A stretch of 64,000 nt of DNA from an uncultured Actinomycetota bacterium (GCA_963732355.1 CAVSZD010000007.1:658983-722982); one strand, 5' to 3'; shown: positions 9,246-16,989, counted from the first letter of the stretch. The notes: generated from the sequence alone by a model not told the origin. Program-made: numbers and translations.

Positions 9246-9363
9246 TCTGGACAGTCTGCCAACGCCGCTGGGCACACCTGTTGCCACGGCCGCCGTTGTT
9301 GCGAAGTCGCCCGGGCCCTCGCGGGGTGTCCTCGTCACTCCGAACCGTGCCGCGGCGCCCGCG

Positions 9364-9431
9364 TTAGAGGTTGTGGTCCTGGTTAGCGAATCCACGCGTT
9401 GTTTCTCTAACCAACCGCACAACCTCTAACC
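9364..9431. repeat. 68-bp nested-palindrome element (reverse orientation)
   Basis: TTAGAGGTTGTGGTCCTGGTTAGCGAATCCACGCG...CACAACCTCTAA. The left arm equals the reverse complement of the right arm of the 45228 copy. Confidence 0.9.
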
Positions 9432-9515
9432 AACCGTGGCGGGGGCCGCCGTTGTGCAGCGCCCGGGCCCTCGCGGGGTGTCCTCGTCACTCCGAACCGT
9501 GCCGCGGCGCCCGCG

Positions 9516-9583
9516 TTAGAGGTTGTGGTCCTGGTTAGCGAATCCACGCGTGGTTTCTCTAACCAACCGCACAACCTCTAACC
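9516..9583. repeat. 68-bp nested-palindrome element (reverse orientation)
   Basis: Near-identical to the 9364 copy. Confidence 0.9.
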
Positions 9584-9690
9584 AACCGTGGCGGGGGCCA
9601 CCGCCCTGCCAGACCACATCGGCGCCGTGTCGCAACCACCCGCAACGCCGCCCAGCCCGCATGCTGGAATCGATGCCGACTGGAGGTTAG

Positions 9691-9930
9691 ATGTCCGCCC
9701 TGACCGATCGCGAGCGCGCGATCCTCGATTTCGAGAAGAACTGGTACCGATTCGAGGGCGCGAAACAAGCAGCGATCCGCGAGCAGCTCGACCTATCCCC
9801 GACGCGCTATTACCAACTGCTCAACGCACTCGTGGACAACCCCGAGGCCCTGCGCGCGGAACCGGTGATCGTCAGGCGACTGCAGCGCCAGCGCCAGTCG
9901 CGCCGGGCCGCGGTCTCACGCTCCGCCTGA
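9691..9930 (+). CDS. DUF3263 domain-containing protein
   Basis: ILDFEKNWYRFEGAKQAAIREQLDLSPTRYYQLLNALVD matches the DUF3263 pattern. The gene is syntenic with gpgS, as in mycobacteria. Confidence 0.85.
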   Translation: MSALTDRERAILDFEKNWYRFEGAKQAAIREQLDLSPTRYYQLLNALVDNPEALRAEPVIVRRLQRQRQSRRAAVSRSA

Positions 9931-10300
9931 GCGGGCGCTCCACGTACCCTCCCGCGACCAGCCCGGCGCGGCGCTCGAACATGTTGCGCGACCACCAGTC
10001 GCCGGTGCGCATCCACGACCACGCCGATGCCAGGCCGTAAGCGGGCACGAACAGCGGGCCAAGCAGCGCGTATTGACGCATGTGCGAGACCTCGTGCGCC
10101 CAGACCGAGTCGGACACCCGCTCCCGACTGACAACCACACACCCAACGGTGAATGCCCCGGCGGACGGGAAGGGCCAGTCGTAACCGGTGGCTTCCCAGA
10201 AGTCCCCGCGGCGGTGTAGCGAACAACCCGACAGCCACGCAACCCCGCGTCCGGCCAGCGTCGTTAAGTTGAGCCCGTTGATCACAACCAGGGGACGCAT
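9872..10300 (-). CDS. conserved hypothetical protein (Rv1209-like position), HEVSH motif
   Basis: ATG 10300 overlaps the gpgS stop (ATGA). It contains WAHEVSHMRQY, an HExxH-like motif. The 3' end overlaps the convergent DUF3263 gene by 59 nt. Confidence 0.6.
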   Translation of the reverse strand: MRPLVVINGLNLTTLAGRGVAWLSGCSLHRRGDFWEATGYDWPFPSAGAFTVGCVVVSRERVSDSVWAHEVSHMRQYALLGPLFVPAYGLASAWSWMRTGDWWSRNMFERRAGLVAGGYVERPLRRSVRPRPGATGAGAAVA

Positions 10301-11244
10301 CACACCCACTTCCCGGTCGGAGCAGTCGACAACGGCGGTCTTTCCAGATCGACGATGGCGTGCCACGTGCCCACGAAGTCGTGCCCCACCCGGTCGAACT
10401 GCGCCATCGCCTGACCCGCCGCCCGCGAGTCGTGCAACTGCGGATCAAGCCGGCGCACCGCGGTTTGCATGATCTGTGCGGCCATGAGGCCCAGCTTGCG
10501 TTCATCGTGGTGGCGATGCAGCCGGACCCCGAGGTCCACCTGAGCGATCGCGTCCACCCCGAGCAGCTCCGCGGTGTCCACGAGCATGGCGAACTCGACT
10601 CCGTAACCGACCGGGAAGGGCAGTCGTTCCAGCAGGTCCCGCCGCGCGGCGTACTCTCCGGCCAGCGGCTGGATGACCCCGGCCAGTTCGGGCCAGTAGA
10701 GGTTCAACAGTGGGCGCGCCACCAGTTCGGTCACCCGTCCACCCCCTGCAGCCACCACCGAATCGCCGCTGACCAACGGTCGCTCGTAGACCGCCTTGAC
10801 CAGATGAACCGACGGATCGGTGAGCAGCGGGCCCAAGAGCCCACTCACGTACTGCGCGGTGAATGAACGCAAATCCGCATCGATGAACACCACGATGTCC
10901 GAGTCGGTGGCAGCCAGCGCCCGCCACATCGCTTCGCCCTTGCCGCGCATCGCAGGAAGTCGGGGGAAGACCGAGTCAAGAGCGATCACCCGGGCGCCGT
11001 TGTCCCTGGCGACGGCCGCGGTGTCATCGGTCGAACCCGAGTCCAGCACCACCAGATCGTCCACTAGCGACTCACCGAGTTCGTCGTGGATGATTCGGAC
11101 TATTTGCCCGACGGTGGCGGCCTCGTTCAACGCCGGCAGGATCACCGCGACTGTCGCCTCCTTGCGCGCAAGGAGGTCGTCGATGTCCCAGTCGTCGGCT
11201 GTGGACGTACGGTTGTCCAGCCAGTGCTGAACATGCTCGGTCAC
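10300..11244 (-). CDS. gpgS: glucosyl-3-phosphoglycerate synthase
   Basis: GT-A fold motifs AVILPALNEAATVGQIV and VVLDSGSTDDTAAVA. Length and neighbours match actinobacterial GpgS. Confidence 0.85.
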   Translation of the reverse strand: MTEHVQHWLDNRTSTADDWDIDDLLARKEATVAVILPALNEAATVGQIVRIIHDELGESLVDDLVVLDSGSTDDTAAVARDNGARVIALDSVFPRLPAMRGKGEAMWRALAATDSDIVVFIDADLRSFTAQYVSGLLGPLLTDPSVHLVKAVYERPLVSGDSVVAAGGGRVTELVARPLLNLYWPELAGVIQPLAGEYAARRDLLERLPFPVGYGVEFAMLVDTAELLGVDAIAQVDLGVRLHRHHDERKLGLMAAQIMQTAVRRLDPQLHDSRAAGQAMAQFDRVGHDFVGTWHAIVDLERPPLSTAPTGKWV

Positions 11245-11293
11245 GTGCCCCCCAGGGGTTTCGGTCGCGATAAGCGTGTCACAATTCCTTAGA

Positions 11294-11400
11294 CCTCATC
11301 CAGAGGGGCAGAGGGACCGGCCCGTTGAAGCCCCGGCAACCTACCGTTACACGGCGGAAATGGTGCCAAGTCCGGCCGCGCGAGCGGGAAGATGCGAAGG
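11294..11400 (+). promoter_or_regulatory. SAM-I (S-box) riboswitch aptamer
   Basis: CTCATCCAGAGGGGCAGAGGGACCGGCCCGTTGAAGCCCCGGCAACC...ATGGTGCCAAGTCCGGCCGCGCGAGCGGGAAGATG follows the S-box consensus (AGAGnGGnnGAGGGAnnGGCCCnnTGAAnCCnnGCAACC...GGTGCnAAnTCC...AGATGAG). P4 has a GCGA tetraloop. The P1 3' strand runs into the GAAGGA Shine-Dalgarno of the downstream gene. Confidence 0.85.
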
Positions 11401-11406
11401 ATTGCC

Positions 11407-12646
11407 ATGACGATCGATCTCGGAAGTGCAGTCGGACTCTCCTGTCGGGAGTGTTCTGCCAGCTACGAACTCGGCGCCGCCTACGCGTGCATCGAGTGCT
11501 TCGGTCCGCTCGAGGTGGCCTACGAGTTCCCCGCCCTCACCCGCGCCGACATCGAATCCGGTCCCGCATCGCTCTGGCGGTACAAGGACCTGCTGCCCGT
11601 GCGGCCTCAAGCCGCCACCGAGCCGAACCTCGCCCCAGGCTGGACCCGCCTGCACAAGGCCGACAACCTGGCCGCAGAGTTGGGGATGCGCAGCCTGTGG
11701 GTCAAGGACGACTCGGGAAATCCGACCCACTCGTTCAAGGACCGGGTCGTGGCTGTGGCTCAGTCGGCAGCGCGAGCCCTGGGGCTTACGACCCTTGGCG
11801 TGTGCCTCGACCGGCAACCTCGCCCACGCGGTTGCCGCAGCCGCTGCCCGCGGCGGCCAGAGCTCGGTCGTGGTCATCCCGCATGACCTCGAGGCCGGCA
11901 AGACGATAACAACAGCCACTTACGGCGGGGTGTTGCTGGCGGTCGAGGGCAACTACGACGACGTGAACCGTCTGTGCTCCGAGATCATCGGGGAGGACTT
12001 CTCCGCGAATTGGGGTTTTGTCAACGTCAACATCCGCCCGTACTACGCGGAGGGCTCGAAGTCGATGGGCTTCGAGATCGCCGAGCAACTGGGCTGGCGG
12101 ACCCCTGCGCAAGTTGTGGCACCGATCGCCTCCGGGTCCCTTTTGACCAAGGTTGACAAGTCCTGGCGCGAACTCGCTGCCCTTGGGCTCATCGAGCAGA
12201 CGCCTTACAGCGTGTTCGGTGCCCAGGCCACCGGCTGTTCCCCGGTCGCGCAGGCTTTCGATGCCGGGTGGGACGTCGTCAAACCCGTGAAACCCGCGAC
12301 CATCGCGAAGTCGCTGGCCATCGGCAACCCGGCCGACGGGCCCTACGCGCTCGATGTCGTTCGGCGCACGGGCGGCTCGATCACCTCGGTCAGCGATGAG
12401 GACGTGGTCGATGGGATCCGGATGTTGGCCCGGTCGGAGGGCATCTTCGCTGAAACCGCCGGCGGGGTGGTCGTGGCCTGCCTGCGGCAACTACTCAAGG
12501 AGGGCGCGCTCGACCCGGAAGCCGAAACCGTGATCCTCAACACCGGTGATGGGCTAAAGACCCTCGATGCTGTGATGGACTTCGCGAAACCGACTGCCAC
12601 CATCCGGGCGGATGTTGACGAGGTACGTGCTGCATTGCCTGAATAG
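11407..12646 (+). pseudogene. threonine synthase family PLP enzyme (ThrC/MetM-like), interrupted by a 1-nt frameshift
   Basis: N-terminal Zn-ribbon (CRECS...CIEC) and SFKDR lysine motif are in frame 1 up to ...ALGLTTL. ACASTGNLAHAV and the rest are in frame 2. The switch is at the CCC run at 11792-11794. Start set to ATG 11407, with GAAGGA 6 nt upstream. Confidence 0.85.
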
Positions 12647-12768
12647 CCAATCGGTGGGTCTATTTCCCACGAGCGGCTCGTTCTGGGTACAATGGGGGTG
12701 ATCACATCGTGGTCCCGCGGAGCAGAAGCCGAGCGGCACATGAAACACAGCAAGGACAACACAACGAA

Positions 12769-12981
12769 ATGAGCAGTGTCAGCGGAACCGTTAAGTGGTT
12801 CAACGCCGAAAAGGGCTACGGCTTCCTCTCCCTCGACGACCAAGAAGGCGACGTCTTCGTGCACTGGAGCGCAATCCAGGGCGACGGATACAAGTCCCTT
12901 CAAGAGGGTCAGCGAGTCGAGTTCACCATCGTGCAAGGACCGAAGGGCGCGCAGGCGGACACCGTCGTGCCGTTGTCCTGA
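12769..12981 (+). CDS. cspA: cold-shock protein (CspA family)
   Basis: [15 protein letters not shown] and DVFVHWSAI are the RNP1/RNP2 motifs. 70 aa, with a long AT-richer 5' leader. Confidence 0.95.
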   Translation: MSSVSGTVKWFNAEKGYGFLSLDDQEGDVFVHWSAIQGDGYKSLQEGQRVEFTIVQGPKGAQADTVVPLS

Positions 12982-12998
12982 TCGCAGACTTCACGCAG

Positions 12999-13028
12999 AG
13001 GGGCCGGATGGGAAACCATCCGGCCCCT
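12999..13028 (+). terminator. stem-loop terminator candidate after cspA
   Basis: AGGGGCCGGATGG-GAAA-CCATCCGGCCCCT, a perfect 13-bp stem starting 18 nt after the stop. The U-tract is weak. Confidence 0.5.
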
Positions 13029-13235
13029 TCGCATTGTCGGACCGCGCCCAGATTGTGACGTTGTTGCGGCTCGAGATCCTCGAGTGTTGTGTTGTTGCCG
13101 ATTTTGTGGCCGCGGATCAGCAACGACGCGACAACCGCACCCCCGTGGCCGTAACAACGCCACAATCGACGCGGCGGACAAGACGACCGGCCCGCCTCCC
13201 GCGCCCCCACAGCAGGGTGCGCTTACTCTGGAAGA

Positions 13236-13505
13236 GTGATTCAGACAGTCAGCTGGGTGCTCAACATCCTCTTCTTGGTCCTGGCCCTGTTCGCGTTGGT
13301 CGACGTTCTGCGCCGCCCGACTGAGGCCTTCCCTGCGGTGGAACGCCAATCCAAGATCGCGTGGGCTCTCTTCACCGGAATCAGCGCAGCCGTGATCTTC
13401 ATCTTTGGTGCCGTCAATTTCCTGGGCATCGTCGGTGTCATCGTCACGATGTTCTACTTCGTCGATGTGCGGCCGAAGGTCCGCGAAATCACCGGGAGTC
13501 GATGA
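13236..13505 (+). CDS. DUF2516 family membrane protein
   Basis: 89 aa, three TM helices, LVDVLRRPTEAFPAVERQSKIAW pattern. The stop overlaps the next start (ATGA at 13502-13505). Confidence 0.8.
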   Translation: MIQTVSWVLNILFLVLALFALVDVLRRPTEAFPAVERQSKIAWALFTGISAAVIFIFGAVNFLGIVGVIVTMFYFVDVRPKVREITGSR

Positions 13506-14252
13506 ACCGGCCGGTCGGCCAGGTCACCCGCGGAACCACAGGCACCAACCGCTTACGCCGGTTCGACCGTTGGATCAACCACCTGTGCGGTCCTGAACTA
13601 CGCCGGACCGATCGTCCGCTGGCCGTGGATCTGGGATTCGGCGCACACCCCGCCACCTCCGTTGAATGGCAACGCTCGCTCACGCGGATCAATGCGCAGG
13701 CACGAGTGGTGGGGGTGGAGATCGATCGGGGTCGGGTGGCCGCGGCACGCGGTGTGATCGAGGCGATCCACGGCGGCTTCGAAATCCCCACTGAAGACCG
13801 GCCACTCATCATCCGTGCGGCCAATGTGCTGCGTCAATACGAACAGGACCGACGTGCAGCCCGCCTGGGAACTCATGGCATCGCGACTTGCCGCCGGAGG
13901 TTGGATCATCGACGGCACGTGCGACGAACAAGGGCGACTCACCGCCATCGCGAGCATCGACGAATCCGCCGAGCCAAGGTGGCTGACCCTGTCGTGCCGC
14001 TTGGCCGGGTTGGAGCGCCCGAGCGAACTGGCCGCGCGACTACCGAAGGCCTTGATCCACCACAACGTCACCGGCCACTGGATCCACGACCTGCTCAAGG
14101 AAATGGACCGGGCCTGGGAGCGTGCGCCCAGGTGGGGCGCGCGGCAACGCTGGATCTCGATGACCGAGGATATGGCCGGCGCTGGCTGGACCGTTCGGGA
14201 TGGACCTGCCCGGTGGCGCCTCGGCGAACTGACTGTGGCCTGGCCGCCGTGA
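13502..14252 (+). pseudogene. class I SAM-dependent methyltransferase-like protein, interrupted by a 1-nt frameshift
   Basis: Frame 2 gives MNRPVGQ...AVDLGFGAHP...IIRAANVLRQYEQ. Frame 3 continues DVQPAWELMASRLAAGGWIIDGTCDEQGRL...VAWPP. The switch is near 13843-13850 (GAC-C-GAC). Confidence 0.75.
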
Positions 14253-14467
14253 ACGGCGACACTGCCCCGGGTTTGAATCCCTCAGATGCTCATCGCCGAC
14301 TGGCACGAACTTACTGGGACGCGCCCTGGCGTGTCCCAGTTGTGGATTCGCTGACCAGGACGGCTCGGCCGTCGGGGCACACCACGACCCCGGGTGAACC
14401 TCAACGGCCGGCGGCGGGCACCAGCTGCCCCGCCCCGACTCGCCACGCGGGCCCCGACCTGCCCGCG

Positions 14468-14535
14468 TTAGAGGTTGTGCGGTTCGTTAGCAAATACACG
14501 CGTGGATTCGCTAACCAGGACCACAACCTCTAACC
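14468..14535. repeat. 68-bp nested-palindrome element (forward orientation)
   Basis: TTAGAGGTTGTGCGGTTCGTTAGCAAATACACGCGTGGATTCGCTAACCAGGACCACAACCTCTAACC. Confidence 0.9.
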
Positions 14536-14665
14536 AGGACGCCAGGTCAACCAGGACAACCCGGCCGTCGGGGCACACCACGACCCCGGGTTGAACCTCA
14601 ACGGCCGGCGGCGGGCACCAGCTGCCCCTGCCCCGACTCGCCACGCGGGCCCCGACCTGCCCGCG

Positions 14666-14733
14666 TTAGAGGTTGTGCGGTTCGTTAGCAAATACACGCG
14701 TGGATTCGCTAACCAGGACCACAACCTCTAACC
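14666..14733. repeat. 68-bp nested-palindrome element (forward orientation)
   Basis: Identical to the 14468 copy. Confidence 0.9.
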
Positions 14734-14862
14734 AGGACGCCAGGTCAACCAGGACAACCCGGCCGTCGGGGCACACCACGACCCCGGGTTGAACCCCACC
14801 AGCCGGCGGCCGGCACCAACTGCCCCGCCCCGACTCGCCACGCGGGCCCCGACCTGCCCGCG

Positions 14863-14874
14863 TTAGAGGTTGTG
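14863..14874. repeat. truncated element (left terminal arm only)
   Basis: TTAGAGGTTGTG followed by unrelated sequence. This ends the tandem array. Confidence 0.7.
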
Positions 14875-14946
14875 AGGCATGGCGATTGCGTGTCCGCCTG
14901 ACTTCGCAACAACGGTTCCCCGCACCCGGCCCAGAAGCAGACAACG

Positions 14947-14978
14947 AAAGGGCCCCCCGGTCATCCGGGAGGCCCTTT
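14947..14978. terminator. bidirectional stem-loop terminator candidate
   Basis: AAAGGGCC...GGCCCTTT outer stem with inner CCCGG-TCAT-CCGGG, 15 nt after the stop of the Lys/Ala-rich gene on the minus strand. Confidence 0.5.
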
Positions 14979-14992
14979 CGAACTGCGTCTAG

Positions 14993-15511
14993 TTACCGGC
15001 CAACAGTGGCGCGGACCTTCTCGACCGCAGACTCAACGCGCTCGCGCAGGTCGGCAGCGGAGTCCTCGGCGCGCTTGCGCAGGTCAGCGGACTGACCCTC
15101 AACGCGCTCGCGCAGGTCGCCGTAGAGACCCTCGAACCGGTCGCTGACCTCGTCGAACTTCGGGAACTCGATCTTGGGCAGGTCGAACGGAAGCTCGAAC
15201 TTGGGCAGCTCGAAGGGCAGCATGGCGAGCAGGCTGTCCTTGGCCTCAGTGGCCTTGTCCACGACCGGCTTCGCAGCCTCGGTGGCCTTGGCAGTGGTGC
15301 TCTTCGCAGCCTCAGTGGCCTTGGCAGTGGTGCTCTTGGCAGCCTCGGTGGCAGCGGCGGTCTTCGCCGGGGCCTTCTTGGCAGCAGCGGCGGTCTTCGC
15401 CGGGGCCTTCTTGGCAGCAGCGGCGGTCTTGGCCGGAGCCTTCTTCGCCGGAGCCTTCTTGGCCGGAGCCTTCTTCGCAGTGGTGGGGGTGGTGTCGGCA
15501 GTGGTAGCCAT
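14993..15511 (-). CDS. Lys/Ala/Pro-rich repeat protein with C-terminal coiled-coil
   Basis: The N-terminus carries AKKAPAK and AKTAAAAKKAP repeats, like basic HupB/HbhA tails, followed by TEAAKSTTAKA repeats. The C-terminus is DLRERVE/DLRKRAE heptad-like. The start abuts the stop of the XRE gene. Confidence 0.75.
   Translation of the reverse strand: MATTADTTPTTAKKAPAKKAPAKKAPAKTAAAAKKAPAKTAAAAKKAPAKTAAATEAAKSTTAKATEAAKSTTAKATEAAKPVVDKATEAKDSLLAMLPFELPKFELPFDLPKIEFPKFDEVSDRFEGLYGDLRERVEGQSADLRKRAEDSAADLRERVESAVEKVRATVGR
15270..15476. repeat. intragenic tandem repeats (33-bp, 36-bp and 15-bp units)
   Basis: CTTCGCAGCCTCGGTGGCCTTGGCAGTGGTGCT about 2.4x, GGCGGTCTTCGCCGGGGCCTTCTTGGCAGCAGC 2x, and GGCCGGAGCCTTCTT 3x. 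These encode the low-complexity N-terminus. Confidence 0.8.
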
Positions 15512-15949
15512 TTACTTGTCCTTTCGTGGGCGTGCGGAACGCTGTTCAGCTGATGGAGCCACACTTGACTGCCCCTGTGAGGCCGAGTGTGATTCCGTTC
15601 CGCGGCGTGCGGCGTTCTCGGATTGGAACGCCGCGTAGATCTCCAACAGCGACTGACGCTGACGGTCGGTCAACGTCGGGTCACCGGCCAGAGCCTGTGT
15701 CACAGACGGCTCTCCTTGCCGGGGCTCAAGGATTCCCGCACGTATGTACAGGGACTCGGCGGAGATCTCAAGTGCCTTGGCAATCTGAGCGAGGATGTCC
15801 GCGCTCGGCTTGCGAAGGCCCCGCTCGACCTGGCTGAGGTACGGGTTGGACACATCTGCTGCCTGCGCCAACTGCCTCAAGGACAACTGGGCTGCAGCGC
15901 GCTGTTCGCGGATGTATTCACCCACCGTCGCCATATCGATCCGAGCCAT
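15512..15949 (-). CDS. XRE-family helix-turn-helix transcriptional regulator
   Basis: LSLRQLAQAADVSNPYLSQVERGLRKPSADILAQIAKAL is a canonical HTH_3 motif. Start trimmed to MARIDMATV. Confidence 0.85.
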   Translation of the reverse strand: MARIDMATVGEYIREQRAAAQLSLRQLAQAADVSNPYLSQVERGLRKPSADILAQIAKALEISAESLYIRAGILEPRQGEPSVTQALAGDPTLTDRQRQSLLEIYAAFQSENAARRGTESHSASQGQSSVAPSAEQRSARPRKDK

Positions 15950-16020
15950 GTAACTAGAGTGACCCACCCTGCTTGCAATTGCAAGCACCTAGCAAGCATA
16001 TAGCCGGAATGCGGCGCAGA

Positions 16021-16989
16021 TCACATGTCCGCGAACTCCCGAAGAGTTGGCGAACTGGCGATGAACCCGACCGGCCGACCGCCGCCAAGCACCGGCGAGC
16101 GCAGGTGTTCCTCGATCAGCGCAGCGCGCACGCCGAGCCGGGCCAGTGACGCAGCTGCCACCACCGGCCGAGCCCGCTGGGAACCATCGCAGATCTTCAA
16201 GGCGATGCCGTATCGGCCCCCGCCGTGCTCCAGGGTCATCGCTTGCACCCCTTCGGCGCCGTCCTTGGCCACCAACCCGGGCACAGCCCGCATCAAGTGC
16301 GTCACATCACGGCCACTGCCACCGGTGAACTCGGGGTAATCCCGAAGAGCCCCCAGCACTCGGACGCCGTCGGAGTCTCTGGCCAACCTGGTCATCCCCC
16401 TGGCAAGGGCGACCAGCGGCAGTCCCCACAGCGGGGCTCCGCAACCGTCGGCACTAACCGGTCCCGGGGTTACGCCGGTCAACTGCGCGATGGTGTCCTT
16501 CAAGGACACCTGTAGCGGATGCTGCGGGTCCAGGTAGGTCGAAATGTCCCAGCCGTTGAGCTCACAGGCCCACACCATCCCCGCATGCTTGCCCGAGCAG
16601 TTCATGACGATGCGGTTGCGGACCCCACCGGCTGCCAAGTACTGCTCGCGGGTCGCGTCGTCATAAGGCAGGTCCGCTGGGCACTGGAGCGCATCCTCGG
16701 CCAACCCGGCCTGCGCCAGCAGTGCGCGGACCCCCGCCAGGTGGAAGGGCTCCCCGGAGTGTGATGCAGACGCCAATGCCAGACCTGAACGCTGCAGGGG
16801 CACCCCGAGTCGCAGCAGCCCGACCGCCTGGAAAGGTTTGACGGCACTGCGCGGATAGATCACTTCGTGCGGATCCCCCAGCGCCGCGACTACCTCGCCG
16901 CCCTCATCAACGACCACAACATGACCGCGGTGGGATGACTCGACGGACCCGGACCTCGTGACTTCCACCAGCACCGGGGCTTCAGTCAC
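16021..16989 (-). CDS. L-asparaginase II family protein
   Basis: The N-terminal VEVTRSGSVESSHRGHVVVVD and YPRSAVKPFQA motifs are typical of the asparaginase_II (Rhizobium-type) family. Confidence 0.85.
   Translation of the reverse strand: MTEAPVLVEVTRSGSVESSHRGHVVVVDEGGEVVAALGDPHEVIYPRSAVKPFQAVGLLRLGVPLQRSGLALASASHSGEPFHLAGVRALLAQAGLAEDALQCPADLPYDDATREQYLAAGGVRNRIVMNCSGKHAGMVWACELNGWDISTYLDPQHPLQVSLKDTIAQLTGVTPGPVSADGCGAPLWGLPLVALARGMTRLARDSDGVRVLGALRDYPEFTGGSGRDVTHLMRAVPGLVAKDGAEGVQAMTLEHGGGRYGIALKICDGSQRARPVVAAASLARLGVRAALIEEHLRSPVLGGGRPVGFIASSPTLREFADM

Larger units (their letters stand above)
9288..9599. repeat. tandem duplication (~152-157 bp x2), each unit carrying one palindromic element
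   Basis: GGCCGCCGTTGT...CCGGGCCCTCGCGGGGTGTCCTCGTCACTCCGAACCGTGCCGCGGCGCCCGCG plus the element occurs twice. Element starts are 9364 and 9516. Confidence 0.9.
14342..14875. repeat. tandem array (~198-bp unit, about 2.7 copies), each unit carrying a palindromic element
   Basis: Element starts at 14468, 14666 and 14863, giving periods of 198 and 197. The flank CGGCCGTCGGGGCACACCACGACCCCGGG...GCCCCGACCTGCCCGCG is repeated three times. The array opens with a truncated right-arm remnant, GTGGATTCGCTGACCAGGAC, at 14342-14361. Confidence 0.9.

Noticed and set aside
11392-11406. ATG 11392 as the thrC-family start (as in the ORF track).
   Set aside because: It lies inside the 3' strand of riboswitch helix P1 and has no SD. 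ATG 11407 is preceded by GAAGGA at the right spacing.
11785-11805. Programmed +1 ribosomal frameshifting as an explanation for the three split genes.
   Set aside because: I found no recognisable slippery or hungry-codon context (for example, no in-frame stop or rare codon at the shift point). The three sites share no motif. Insertion errors or genuine pseudogenes are simpler explanations. This was not tested.
12688-12693. TACAAT as the -10 box of the cspA promoter.
   Set aside because: It is a plausible extended -10 context (TGGGTACAAT), but I found no convincing -35. There is no way to verify this from sequence alone, so it is not listed as a feature.
13361-14533. 390-aa ORF suggesting a large protein running into the repeat array.
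   Set aside because: Only the segment 13502 to about 13846 is protein-like. Beyond that, the true continuation is in another frame (frameshift). The rest is Arg-rich out-of-frame sequence plus translated repeat.
14342-14875. Regularly spaced palindromic repeats, here and at 9288-9599 and 45044-45306, looked superficially CRISPR-like.
   Set aside because: The sequences between repeats are near-identical copies of each other rather than unique spacers. The repeat is about 68 bp with a nested palindrome, arrays have only 2-3 units, and no cas genes are present.
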